Made by a program: the position numbers and the translations under genes. 64,000 bases of DNA, from assembly GCA_035290625.1 (NCBI GenBank), contig DATDTY010000033.1, positions 20,482-84,481 of the forward strand, read 5' to 3'. The stretch's first letter is position 1. Every line of letters starts with the position of its first letter. The notes beneath the pieces are model-generated. The model made no database searches. It saw only the letters and a list, made by a program, of their open reading frames with translations, and was not told the origin of the DNA. Positions 52,924 to 62,914 of the stretch are shown here, in pieces. The DNA is from Candidatus Nanoarchaeia archaeon. GTDB taxonomy: Archaea > Nanobdellota > Nanobdellia > Woesearchaeales > DATDTY01.

Positions 52924-53250
52924 TTATCTCTTTTTCTTTCTTCGTATCTTTCTTTGCCTGCGTTTTGGCTTTCTCCGAGCCTCAGCCAATGCGCGTTTCC
53001 AAACAGCTTTCGCAGCCGGAACAGCACGCGATGCCATCTGTCTTGCTTTTTTCCGAAGAACACGCTTTGCAAGCTTGCCTTCTTTCCTTGCGACACTCTT
53101 TACAATGCTTATTGCTCTCCTTTCCTTTTTGCCGATTCCTGTGAAGCGCAATGTTTGCCCTATCCCTTTAGCCACCTTGTGCTTTGCTGCTGCGGCAAGC
53201 CGCCTGCCAAATCTGATTCCCCTTCGAATATGCTTGAGCACGGCATTCAC
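52924..53250 (-). CDS. Hypothetical highly basic (Lys/Arg-rich) protein, 108 aa
   Basis: ORF. Extreme basic composition. Could be a nucleic-acid-binding protein or spurious. Confidence 0.3.
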   Translation of the reverse strand: MNAVLKHIRRGIRFGRRLAAAAKHKVAKGIGQTLRFTGIGKKERRAISIVKSVARKEGKLAKRVLRKKARQMASRAVPAAKAVWKRALAEARRKPKRRQRKIRRKKKR

Positions 53251-53288
53251 CTCTTTTTTACTCTTTTTTGGAATTATCTTTTATAAAC

Positions 53289-54944
53289 CTATCGATTTTC
53301 CCTCAAGATTGATGTGATCAGCATGAAGCCGAGTATTCCCGCGGCTGAAAAGCTCACGAAGGAAATTGCAGAAATTCCTGCAATCTGCACCTGATCAAAG
53401 CTGAAGGTCAGCGCCCCTGTAATCAGGAACCCCGTTATCAGCAGTCCATAGCTCACCCGGTTGCTCGAGCGATCAATCTCCACAGTCAGTGTTCTGAGGT
53501 CCTTGTCAATTGTCTGGAGCCTTACATCAGCTTCTCTGAAGTTTCTTACGAATTCACTTGCCCGCTCTGGAATATTCACAATGAATTCCCTGAAGTTGTA
53601 GGCCTGCCGGCGGATGTTCTTTATGATTGCCTGCGGGCTTGTTCTCCTCTCAATTGCCTTTTTGACATAGGGCCTTGCCTCTTTCACAAGGTTGAACTTT
53701 TTGTCCAGGGTGAGGGCGACTCCTTCGAGCGTAATAATGGCTTTGCCCAGGAGCACAAAATCCTTTGGCAGCCGGACATTGTCCTTTCTTGTAAGATCGA
53801 CCAGCTTGTGGAATACTTCCCCTAATCTTATCTTGGACAATTCTGTGTTATAGTATTCGCCCAATGAATCAAAAAGATCCTGTTTCACAACCTCTTTGTC
53901 AATGGACCCTTCCATCATATTCAGGTCCATAATCGCATCAGCGATTCCATCCAGGTCTCCCTCAATCACGTTAATGAACAGCCAGGACATTTTTTCACGC
54001 ATTTTTGGATGCATGACTCCAACGATCCCAAAATCCAGAAACGCAATCCTGCAGCTGTCGATGACAAATATATTGCCAGGATGCGGGTCTCCATGGAAGA
54101 ATCCATACTCAAATATCTGCCTGAAAACGGCATTGACCAGGTTCCGCAGAACCTTCTTGCGGATATCCGGGTCAGCCCTCTTTATGAGTGCGCTGAGGCG
54201 CGTGCCTTCGATGCGCTCCATCATGATGACGTCTGCCGTCGTTCCGCTCCAATAGACCCGGGGGATTTTTACATTCGGATCGTGCAGGAAATTGGTGTAG
54301 AACCTCTGGATGTTGTGCGCCTCTCTGGCATAGTCCAGCTCTTCTTCAGTGTACCGCTCAAATTCTTTGACTATCCCGGCCATCTCTATAGTCCCAACCG
54401 GATAATGCTTGTCGATAAGCTCGGCAAAGTGGAACATGATATCGATATCGGTACGGAACGTCTTTTCGATTCCGGGTCTCTTTACCTTTACCACCACCTT
54501 CTCGCCTGTCTTCAATGTAGCCTCGTGCACCTGGCCGATGGATGCTGCTGCAACAGGCTCCTGCGAAATGCTCCTGAAGACCTGCGAAAGCGGCTTTTTG
54601 TACTCTCTCTCAATAATCTCCTGCACCTTTTTGAACGGGAACGGCCGGACATTGTCCTGAAGATTCCTGAACTCGTCGCAGAACTCCTTTGGGATCAAAT
54701 CCTGGCGAATGCTGAGCAGCTGGCCAAGCTTGATGAATGCCCCCCCGAGGTCTTCGAACACCATTCGAATCCGCTCTGGTTGCGTGTCTTTTTCTATGAA
54801 TCTCTCAGCCTGGAACCTCCGGGATGCAGGAAGGTACTCCTTTAACCGCAGCCTTTCAAGAAGGTAGCCGAATTCATGCTTAAAGAGGACATTAAGAATC
54901 TCTTCAAACCGAGCCAAATCCCTGATATCCTGCGTTACACCCAT
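53289..54944 (-). CDS. ABC1 / UbiB (aarF domain) family atypical protein kinase
   Basis: AAASIGQVHEATL ... KVKRPGI ... HGDPHPGNIFV motifs. C-terminal TM helices. Confidence 0.8.
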   Translation of the reverse strand: MGVTQDIRDLARFEEILNVLFKHEFGYLLERLRLKEYLPASRRFQAERFIEKDTQPERIRMVFEDLGGAFIKLGQLLSIRQDLIPKEFCDEFRNLQDNVRPFPFKKVQEIIEREYKKPLSQVFRSISQEPVAAASIGQVHEATLKTGEKVVVKVKRPGIEKTFRTDIDIMFHFAELIDKHYPVGTIEMAGIVKEFERYTEEELDYAREAHNIQRFYTNFLHDPNVKIPRVYWSGTTADVIMMERIEGTRLSALIKRADPDIRKKVLRNLVNAVFRQIFEYGFFHGDPHPGNIFVIDSCRIAFLDFGIVGVMHPKMREKMSWLFINVIEGDLDGIADAIMDLNMMEGSIDKEVVKQDLFDSLGEYYNTELSKIRLGEVFHKLVDLTRKDNVRLPKDFVLLGKAIITLEGVALTLDKKFNLVKEARPYVKKAIERRTSPQAIIKNIRRQAYNFREFIVNIPERASEFVRNFREADVRLQTIDKDLRTLTVEIDRSSNRVSYGLLITGFLITGALTFSFDQVQIAGISAISFVSFSAAGILGFMLITSILRENR

Positions 54945-55170
54945 GATGTTTTTGCAGGGGAAGATTGTTTATAAAGATTGTTATTACCCTTTCGGTTCCC
55001 TCACTGACACTTTTCTGCGAGCTGTTGGGACAAAAGAAACCCCCTAATCCAAAAATTCTTATTGAAAATTCGCCGGGTGGAAAACCCAGCCCTTCAGGGC
55101 GAATTTTCAATCCCGAAAACCGCACGATCAAAAACCCCGACCTTTAGGCCGGGGATTAGTGCGGTTTTCG

Positions 55171-55884
55171 TTATTCTATCACGGTTCCTTTGAACGGCGC
55201 GCCTTTGAGGTAATCCTTCAGGTTTTCAAGATCCGTTCCATTCATGATCACTACCCGGATATTTGCTGCCTGGGCCTCCTTGCATGCTTCGGGATCAAAG
55301 GGCAGGTTCATGCCAGCAACCCATTTATCCCCAACAATCTTCCTCATCTGATCCCAGCTCAGGCGTTCAAGCTTTTTTGCATCGTGGTATCTCTTGGGGT
55401 CTTTGTCATATACATACTCTATGTCAGAGAGATTCACTACTGCGCCAGCCCCAAGATTCTTTGCAAGCAGCACTGCATCCTTATCTGTGCTTGATCCTGG
55501 AAGCCAACCTCCTGCTATGATGATCTTTCTGTCGGTGTCGATAGGCTTTGTTGGATTGTAGATGACCCTTTCATACGCCTTATCCCCGAAGATTGCCCTG
55601 AGCATCTCTGCATTCAGCCAGGTCGAGACAATCCCCACCCAGTCGAGATCAACCTGTTTAGCTTTTGCAACCCTTTTTGTTGCATTGATGTAGTCCCTGC
55701 AGGTTTTGCCGCCGCCGCAGACGATTGCAACTTTGGATTCCTGGCTAAGCTCCAGAACAAGATTTCCGAAACCTCTCAGGAAGGCAACATTCACTCTCTC
55801 GGGAACAATGATAGACCCTCCAAGCGAAAACACCATCACTCTTTTCTCATTCCCATTCTCTGCCATGTTACTTCCCCATACCAA
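55171..55884 (-). CDS. pyrH: Uridylate (UMP) kinase, archaeal type
   Basis: SLGGSIIVPE ... VCGGGKTCRDYI ... GSSTDKDAVLLA ... VYDKDPKRY ... GTVIE parallels archaeal UMPK. Confidence 0.7.
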   Translation of the reverse strand: MVWGSNMAENGNEKRVMVFSLGGSIIVPERVNVAFLRGFGNLVLELSQESKVAIVCGGGKTCRDYINATKRVAKAKQVDLDWVGIVSTWLNAEMLRAIFGDKAYERVIYNPTKPIDTDRKIIIAGGWLPGSSTDKDAVLLAKNLGAGAVVNLSDIEYVYDKDPKRYHDAKKLERLSWDQMRKIVGDKWVAGMNLPFDPEACKEAQAANIRVVIMNGTDLENLKDYLKGAPFKGTVIE

Positions 55885-56218
55885 TCAGTGCAACTCCAAC
55901 CACAATCAAGCCCACTCCAATCCATTTTCTCCGGTTCATCGATTCATTTAAATATTTAATGGAGAAGAGCTCAACCCACACATAGGTTGTCGCAACAAGC
56001 GGATACAACACTGAAAGCTCGCCGTATTTCAGGCTCGCAATAAATACGACGGTCGTGAGGACGTAGATCGTTCCCCCCATAAGCAAGGGGATATTCGCCA
56101 CCTGGTCAGCGATCCTGAAATTAAACTTTGCTGATCCTTTCTTGATCAGCAGCGCAGCCAGGGCTCCGAAGACTGATGCAACCAGCACCGCAATGACTGA
56201 CCCGATTGACGTTGTCAT
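55868..56218 (-). CDS. EamA-like 4-TM half-transporter (DMT superfamily), paralog 1
   Basis: Four hydrophobic helices. Tandem paralog pair suggests a heterodimeric small transporter. Confidence 0.5.
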   Translation of the reverse strand: MTTSIGSVIAVLVASVFGALAALLIKKGSAKFNFRIADQVANIPLLMGGTIYVLTTVVFIASLKYGELSVLYPLVATTYVWVELFSIKYLNESMNRRKWIGVGLIVVGVALIGMGK

Positions 56219-56568
56219 GCTCTCCCAAGGCTTATAAGCGTAATCCCGGCGATGATGGAAGCCACTCCTCCTATCTTGAAGATGCCCAGGGTCTCGTTAA
56301 AAAAAACGACCGAGAACAGGCTCACCCAAACAAATCCTGTTGCAATAATAGGGTATATCACGCTGAGCTCCCCCCTCTGAAGGCTGAGCAGCAGCAGCAG
56401 GGATGCAAGGAGATACACTGCAAGCCCGGATATAAGAGTTCCATTGCCAATGGTCCCTGCGACGGAAAATCCGAATTTCTCAGACGCCATCTTGAATAAT
56501 ATCTGGCCCGTAGAGGTGAGGGCTGTAGCCAGCACAATCAACACGATAGCAATTGGTTCTGTCTTCAT
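56215..56568 (-). CDS. EamA-like 4-TM half-transporter (DMT superfamily), paralog 2
   Basis: Paralog of the preceding gene. 4-nt overlap. Confidence 0.5.
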   Translation of the reverse strand: MKTEPIAIVLIVLATALTSTGQILFKMASEKFGFSVAGTIGNGTLISGLAVYLLASLLLLLSLQRGELSVIYPIIATGFVWVSLFSVVFFNETLGIFKIGGVASIIAGITLISLGRA

Positions 56569-56605
56569 CCTTTGTGCTCTTTTTTAACTCCTTAATCCGT
56601 TCCTC

Positions 56606-58330
56606 TCACTCCCTGAGAAGAATCTCCAACACCTTAGCATACGCTGGCCGGGAGATAAAGACACCGATGCTTACCCCGATAATCGTGGTGATCGCAAATC
56701 CCCTCAGGAGGCCGGCGCCAGCGAACATCAATGGGACCATGGCAACGACCACTGTAAAGTACGCTCCCATAATGATGAAGAACGCGTTCTTGAGGCGGCG
56801 CTTCCAGTCGTAGATCTCCTGGGATTCCCCAAGCAATATCTCATCTGCTATCATGATAAGCTGATCGACTCCGGTTCCCACAGAGACGATAATCCCGGCT
56901 ATTGAAGCCAAATCGATATTCCAGCCAATCAAGGCAGCGACTCCCAGCATAATCACGACCTCAACAATGATATTCACCGCCATCGGAATCAGGAGCGACA
57001 TCCTCCGGTATCTTGCATAGATGACTGCGCTCACTGCCAGCAGGGCGGCAATTCCCATCCAGAGGGTGCTCTTCAGGAACTCTTCACCAAGCAAGGGGCT
57101 GATAGTATCGGCTTTTACAACATTCAGCTTTACAGGAAGGCTTCCTGTGATGAGGAGCGTCTGGAGCTTCTTCATGCCCTGCAGAGCATTCGTCGTTGCT
57201 TCCTGCTTGGATGCTCCGCCAGCAGAGCCGCTGATCTGGATGTCTGTCACTTCCCTTCCCTTAAGGTCTGCAGCGATGCTCAATGAGTCAACCTGGCTGT
57301 TGTCAAGGAAGAGAAGCAATTCTTCGCTCAGGTATCTCTGGCTTCCTTCAGTCACAATGCTGAGTTTTTCTGTAGCCTGGGCCTGCTTCTTTGCAGCATC
57401 AGGGCTCAGGGTTATCGAGAACCGATAGCTGCACGCCCACAGGCCGCTTTCTGTAATCCCGCAGCCCCTGGCTGGGTCTATGCCTGCGCATTCTGCGCTC
57501 CTGCATACATACGTAATGTCCTCTCCTCCTTTGAAGACGGTCTCATTGCTGATCTTTGCCTCAAATTTCCCCTGCTTTCCAATAAGATCCCTTACCTCCT
57601 CTTCGTTTGCTCCGGGGATTTCCACTATTGCAAGCAGATTTCCATCAAGATCGCTTGCTGAGCGGAGCACCACGTCACTCAGCCCGAAAACATTGAGGCG
57701 CTGCTCCATTGTTGCGATGACATCAAGCATATACGCTTCGCTCACGGCCTCTTCAGGCTGGAGTATGACGCGAACGCCTCCCTGAAGATCAAGGCCTTTC
57801 CTAATGTTCGTGACCGGCGCATCAAATATCCTCAATCCAATATCTTCTGCGCCAAGGACCTCCCGTTTTATCTTTGGAACTCTGATCACTCTTTTGATGG
57901 TCCTATTAATCTCCTGCACTGTTCCGTCTATTGTCTCATTTACTGCGATGCTCTCTTCAATCACCCGATCCTCGCTTTCGTTCAGCTCTGTGGTGTTCAC
58001 CTTTTCCTTGACCCTGAGCTTGTACAGCTTTTTGCCTGTCTTGATGTTAAGGGTCTGGTTTGGCTCTAATCCACTGATGAGGCTATAGTACTCAGCTTCC
58101 GATCTTATGGGATTATTGTCTATTGACACAATCCGCTCCCTTCCCATCGGCCAGATACTGCTGGGTGGGTTTTCGATACCAGCAATTGCGGCTGAGCTGT
58201 TCGGGGTTACGCTTCGTATGGCAACGCCCTGGCTGAAGGGATTCGGAGATATAGCTACGATCGCGAGGATCAAAACAATCCCCATGATAATAACGCGTAT
58301 ATTCTGGAAGATCTGCTTTATCTTTCCCAT
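56606..58330 (-). CDS. secD: Protein-export membrane protein SecD
   Basis: N-terminal TM, large extracytoplasmic domain, C-terminal 5-TM bundle. Follows secF. Confidence 0.75.
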   Translation of the reverse strand: MGKIKQIFQNIRVIIMGIVLILAIVAISPNPFSQGVAIRSVTPNSSAAIAGIENPPSSIWPMGRERIVSIDNNPIRSEAEYYSLISGLEPNQTLNIKTGKKLYKLRVKEKVNTTELNESEDRVIEESIAVNETIDGTVQEINRTIKRVIRVPKIKREVLGAEDIGLRIFDAPVTNIRKGLDLQGGVRVILQPEEAVSEAYMLDVIATMEQRLNVFGLSDVVLRSASDLDGNLLAIVEIPGANEEEVRDLIGKQGKFEAKISNETVFKGGEDITYVCRSAECAGIDPARGCGITESGLWACSYRFSITLSPDAAKKQAQATEKLSIVTEGSQRYLSEELLLFLDNSQVDSLSIAADLKGREVTDIQISGSAGGASKQEATTNALQGMKKLQTLLITGSLPVKLNVVKADTISPLLGEEFLKSTLWMGIAALLAVSAVIYARYRRMSLLIPMAVNIIVEVVIMLGVAALIGWNIDLASIAGIIVSVGTGVDQLIMIADEILLGESQEIYDWKRRLKNAFFIIMGAYFTVVVAMVPLMFAGAGLLRGFAITTIIGVSIGVFISRPAYAKVLEILLRE

Positions 58331-59235
58331 TAGGCCCTCTTTTTCATATACATGCTGATGATTGCCGCATTTTGCAGCCAGGTGGCAATAAAATCGACAA
58401 CAAGACCAATGATGATAATCACCATGATCTGGCGAATGACCTCAGATTGCGAGAAGGCAAGGCCTGCAATGGCGGCAGCCAGTGTTGTGAGGCTGAGCGT
58501 CGAGCCGGTCTTCATAGCTCCCAGTATCCTGTCCATGACGCTTCCCTGCTGCCTCCGCATGACGCGCGTTGTAAGGAGAATATCTGTGTCTACGCTGTAT
58601 CCTATGAGCATGAGAAATGCCGCAATTCCGGCTGTTCCGATCTTCATGCCGAGGATGTTGGTTATTGACATGGTGATGACAATGTCGGAAAACGCCGCGA
58701 GAATAACAGCAAGGCTGGGAACAAATGTTCTGAAATAGATGGCAACCACAATGGACATGAGGACAAAGGCGATGAGCATCGCCTTGAGGGCCTGCTTAAA
58801 GAATGCAGAACCTAACGAACTTCCGATGATTTCAACAGAGAATGCATCCCTGTTCATATTCAGATTCCGTTCTATCGCGGCGAGCAGGAGTTCCAGATTC
58901 CCCTCCTTTTCCGGGTCCACAGAGCTCTCGATGATATATCCAAGCTGCGCTCCTGCAGCAGAGAGCCTCCGCACTGAAACCTCATAGGCAATGGCTCTGC
59001 TGATTGAATCTTGAATCTCGTCAATGCTAAATTCCTGATTTGTGGGAACAGTGACTGTAAACCCACCGCGCAAGGAAACCCCCCTGTGCAGAATCTCTCC
59101 GGTCTGGCTGAACTGGAGCCCTATCTGGATCAATGCAATAAGAAGAAGGATGTTCGGGATGAGCCACAGGATATGGAGCTTTTCCTCGTATACTCTCCTC
59201 AGCTTCTGCAGCATCCCTTTCTGCCCTTCTGCCAT
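58330..59235 (-). CDS. secF: Protein-export membrane protein SecF
   Basis: About 300 aa, N-terminal TM plus C-terminal TM bundle. Start/stop overlap with secD. Confidence 0.75.
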   Translation of the reverse strand: MAEGQKGMLQKLRRVYEEKLHILWLIPNILLLIALIQIGLQFSQTGEILHRGVSLRGGFTVTVPTNQEFSIDEIQDSISRAIAYEVSVRRLSAAGAQLGYIIESSVDPEKEGNLELLLAAIERNLNMNRDAFSVEIIGSSLGSAFFKQALKAMLIAFVLMSIVVAIYFRTFVPSLAVILAAFSDIVITMSITNILGMKIGTAGIAAFLMLIGYSVDTDILLTTRVMRRQQGSVMDRILGAMKTGSTLSLTTLAAAIAGLAFSQSEVIRQIMVIIIIGLVVDFIATWLQNAAIISMYMKKRA

Positions 59236-59278
59236 GCAAGAGTCAAGAAAAAAGGTGTGTTTAAAAAGTTATTGGGCT

Positions 59279-59441
59279 GGTGCCATTGAAAAGTTGCTAG
59301 CTTCGCTCGGCAGCGCCAAGTTCGCCATGCGCAGATGCTAAGGAAAAACGACATTCTCCGAAGGCGCCAACCCTCTTGTCGTTGCACAGTCTTTTGTTCC
59401 AATGGCTCACAGGAGGGCGCTGCATAACTTTTCAATGGCGC
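59279..59441. repeat. Repeat family 2, single inverted copy (163 bp) with terminal inverted repeats around ccattgaaaagtt / aacttttcaatgg. Flanked by a 7-bp direct repeat ttgggct (59272-59278 and 59442-59448).
   Basis: The reverse complement aligns along the whole length with unit 1 at 52497..52655 (shared cattgaaaagt, tgtgagcc, ggagaatgtcg, tgcgca, agcaacttttcaatg). Confidence 0.55.
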
Positions 59442-59456
59442 TTGGGCTTGGAAATG

Positions 59457-61154
59457 CTATCCTGGCTTATACTTTGCTGCAGCCTCTACAAAGCCCACAA
59501 ATAATGGATGGGGGCTCAGAGGCTTTGATGACAGCTCAGGATGGAACTGGACTCCTATGTGGAAGGTATTTTTTGGGAGTTCGAGAATCTGCATAATAGG
59601 GTATTTGGGGGATTTTCCTGAGAATACCATCCCATGCTTTTCCAGAGTCTTGATGTATTCGGGATTGCATTCATAGCGATGGCGAAAGCGCTCCCTTGCA
59701 GTATCCTTTTTGTAAATCCTGTATGCCTGAGTCCCTTTTTTGATGCTGACATCCTGGCCACCCAAGCGCATGTTGCCTCCTAAGCCTTCGATCTTCTTTT
59801 GTTCAGGCAGGACATCAATGACTGGATCTTTGCATTTTGGGTCAATCTCTGTGGAATTGGCATCCAGCTTGCATACATTCCTGGCGAACTCGACCACTGC
59901 CATCTGGAAGCCGTAGCAGAGCCCGAGATAGGGAAGATTGTGCTCTCTGGCGTATTGTATGCATGCGATCTTCCCTTCTGTGCCCCTTTTCCCAAACCCT
60001 CCCGGCACAATGATGCCGGAAACCCCTTTGAGGGAGCCTGGAATGTCTTTAATGCCGGATGATTCGACCCATTTCACAATCGGCTTGATCCTGAGCTTTG
60101 ACCCGCAATGCTCCAATGCCTTGAGGATGCTTAGGTAAGAGTCCTGCACAGTTGTATATTTGCCGATAATCCCAATGGTGACCTCTTTCTTTGCACCGGC
60201 AAGACCCTCTGCTATCTCTCTCCAGTTTTCAGATGTCAGCTCCTTGTCCCCATTTGTTCGCGGTTTGAGGCCAAGTATTTTGAATATCTCTTTGTGCAGA
60301 CCTTTTGTCTCAAGATCAATAGGAACTTGGTAGATATTGCTTACGTTTGGGACGCTGAAAACATGGGACACAGGAACGTTGGCGTAGATCGATATCTTTT
60401 CCCTGATCTTCTCTGTCACCTCATTCCTTGCCCTGCAGAGGATGATATGGGGCTGGATTCCAAGGGAAAGCAAAATCCTCAAGCCAAGCTGGGCAGGCTT
60501 TGATTTCTGTTCCTGAAGGGAGCTCGGATCTATGATATAGGTCACGTTTACGAAGCAGACATTCTCCCTGCCTTCCTCATAGGAAAGCTCCCGCATTGCC
60601 TCCAGAAAGTAGGAGTTCTCCAAATCTCCTGCGGTTCCTCCGACTTCTACAAGGACCACATCAGCGCTTGTTCTCACTGCCAATGTCCTTACAAAGTTCT
60701 TAATCTCTCCGGTAACATGGGGGATAAACTGGACGTCCCTGCCAAGGTAATCCCCTTTTCGCTCCTTGTCAATGATCGTCTTGAAAATCTTGCCGGCAGT
60801 GAGGTAATTATCCTTGCTCAGGTTCTGGTTGAGGAAGCGCTCATAGGTTCCTAAGTCCAGGTCGCATTCTGTTCCGTCATCCAGGACAAAGACCTCTCCA
60901 TGGCGAAAGGGATTGAGCGTGCCTGCATCGTAATTGAGGTAGCCGTCAAATTTAATCGGAGCAACTGCAAGGCCATGGCATTTCAGGAGATTGCCAATCG
61001 AAGAGCTCAGGGTTCCTTTTCCTACGCCAGACATGACTGAGCCTGTTATGATGACATACTTTGCCTTTCCTGCCTTGTAGCCTTTTGGAAAAGGAGTGTA
61101 AAACTCATGCTCATCTGATCTTTCTGCAAGGCTGTCAAGGATATCGCTGCTCAT
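59457..61154 (-). CDS. pyrG: CTP synthase with an approximately 40-aa N-terminal extension
   Basis: ITGSVMSGVGKGTLSSSIGNLLK synthase-domain N-terminus. C-terminal glutamine amidotransferase GLCYGFQ ... HPE. Confidence 0.9.
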   Translation of the reverse strand: MSSDILDSLAERSDEHEFYTPFPKGYKAGKAKYVIITGSVMSGVGKGTLSSSIGNLLKCHGLAVAPIKFDGYLNYDAGTLNPFRHGEVFVLDDGTECDLDLGTYERFLNQNLSKDNYLTAGKIFKTIIDKERKGDYLGRDVQFIPHVTGEIKNFVRTLAVRTSADVVLVEVGGTAGDLENSYFLEAMRELSYEEGRENVCFVNVTYIIDPSSLQEQKSKPAQLGLRILLSLGIQPHIILCRARNEVTEKIREKISIYANVPVSHVFSVPNVSNIYQVPIDLETKGLHKEIFKILGLKPRTNGDKELTSENWREIAEGLAGAKKEVTIGIIGKYTTVQDSYLSILKALEHCGSKLRIKPIVKWVESSGIKDIPGSLKGVSGIIVPGGFGKRGTEGKIACIQYAREHNLPYLGLCYGFQMAVVEFARNVCKLDANSTEIDPKCKDPVIDVLPEQKKIEGLGGNMRLGGQDVSIKKGTQAYRIYKKDTARERFRHRYECNPEYIKTLEKHGMVFSGKSPKYPIMQILELPKNTFHIGVQFHPELSSKPLSPHPLFVGFVEAAAKYKPG

Positions 61155-61421
61155 GTGAACTCCCTGCTTACTGGTTTGTTAAATACTTTGCTGTTCTGCA
61201 ATAGCTTTATTGGAGTATCCTTAGACTTCTTAGACTTCGATTGAGATGGGTATGAAAGGATTTCAGAACCTGGATGTCTTGGCGAGTGCATTTCTAAAGG
61301 GGTTTTATATAGTTTATAAAGGTAACGAAAAACGTCTTTGAGTCCCGAAAGTGTGGCATTACCACGAAAACGGGGGCTGCTGCATTGGTGGGACGCACGT
61401 AAGGGTGCCGCATGAGGCACT

Positions 61422-62687
61422 TTAGGTTGGTAAGGTCTGTTGAGAATCTTCTTTAAGCAATAACCACTTTATCTTAGGGTCAGCTTTCCAAAATTTATCT
61501 TTTCCATTCTTTCTTCTTAAAAATACGCAACCTGAATTTTCCAAGTCCTTAATATAATTCGAAATATTAGAGCGAGGAATCTTTAGTTTATCAGATAATG
61601 CTTTATTGGTTATCTCTTTGTGCTTTATAATTTCACCTAAAACTTCTCGTTCTCTTGGAGTTAATCTATTAAGGTATCTTTTTTCTAAGACTTCATTCAA
61701 AACTCTTGCTAACTTATTTTTATCCAGCTTAACCGGACTTTCCGTCGTAGCATGAAATACAGCTGTTGATAAACTATTTAATATATCCCTAATATTCCCA
61801 TCCATTAATTCATAAAGAATTTTCAAACAATGTTCATTATAGGGGTAAATCAAATTGAGTTTTTCTGAAATGCGTAAACCTTCAAATCTTTTTCTTATTA
61901 CCTCAATAACCTCATTATAAATCAATGTTTCAATATGAAACGGGGTATCTGACAGTATTGACGAGAATCTTGGGACACTCTGAAGTATGGAAAAAGCAGT
62001 GAGATTTCCGATAAAAATAAAATGAACCCCTTTTGTTTGGAAATAATCCCTTAATGTGCCAAATAAACTTCTGATTTTCTTTTCAGACATTAATTCCAAA
62101 TTATTGTAGTGGATGATAACCTCTTTTTTTGTATTATTGTTTATCTCCTCTATTAACTCAGCAAAAAAACTTTGCAGACTGACAGAGGGCAATACATCGG
62201 GTGATTTTTTCTGCGATGCATAATTCCCGCCAAAACCAGCGACCGAAATTCCTGCACTAATACTTGTCTTGCCAATTTCGAATAGACTTTCTAATCTATC
62301 ATATGTATCCTTACTCACAGGTTTTTCTTTAAGAAGTTTTAAAGTCGAATAAATGGCGGATAATGTATTTAAAACAAATTCATCGGGCGTCCATTTATCT
62401 TGCGTTGTTATCTCTTTAAAATGCGTGAAAAATCCCTTTTGAACAGCAGAACTCCTTACCACATTCACAAATGATGTCTTTCCAATTCCGATATCTCCAT
62501 AAACAAAGACCCTTGACCCACCTTTTGAACCAATTATCCGACTTAACCTTTTTATGAATTCTCCTCTCCCAACAAAGGAATCAATAGGTATTGCGCCACC
62601 CATAACCATAATGGGAGAAATGGAGAAAGGATTTTCTTTAACCCCATATAACTCCCAAATGTCTTGTATATCATTATTCTCCTGCAT
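61422..62687 (-). CDS. P-loop ATPase (archaeal-ATPase/STAND-like) with a C-terminal winged helix-turn-helix, in an AT-rich patch
   Basis: Walker A VYGDIGIGKTSFV. C-terminal TPREREVLGEIIKHKEITNKALSDKLKIPRSNISNYIKDLENSG wHTH. Local GC is low. Confidence 0.55.
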   Translation of the reverse strand: MQENNDIQDIWELYGVKENPFSISPIMVMGGAIPIDSFVGRGEFIKRLSRIIGSKGGSRVFVYGDIGIGKTSFVNVVRSSAVQKGFFTHFKEITTQDKWTPDEFVLNTLSAIYSTLKLLKEKPVSKDTYDRLESLFEIGKTSISAGISVAGFGGNYASQKKSPDVLPSVSLQSFFAELIEEINNNTKKEVIIHYNNLELMSEKKIRSLFGTLRDYFQTKGVHFIFIGNLTAFSILQSVPRFSSILSDTPFHIETLIYNEVIEVIRKRFEGLRISEKLNLIYPYNEHCLKILYELMDGNIRDILNSLSTAVFHATTESPVKLDKNKLARVLNEVLEKRYLNRLTPREREVLGEIIKHKEITNKALSDKLKIPRSNISNYIKDLENSGCVFLRRKNGKDKFWKADPKIKWLLLKEDSQQTLPT

Positions 62688-62914
62688 ACGAGTTAGTTAT
62701 AACTTTATATTTATAAATCTTTCTATAATTATGATAATTCATATATCAACCGAAAGATGTATATAGTTATAGATATTTCAATAACTATCGCATTATAACT
62801 ATGCGGAGATGTTCAAACGAACCCGACGGAGGGAGCAAAAAGGGGGGAGTTCCGTAGATTAGACCGTCCCCGTTTCAATAACCTTTTTAACTCTTGGAAG
62901 GCTCTGTTTTTACT

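Noticed and set aside
61151-61420. Minus-strand ORF (89 aa) between pyrG and the ATPase gene
   Set aside because: It overlaps the pyrG start region, has no recognisable features and is rich in S/K/P. I treated the region as a non-coding promoter/leader with repeats.
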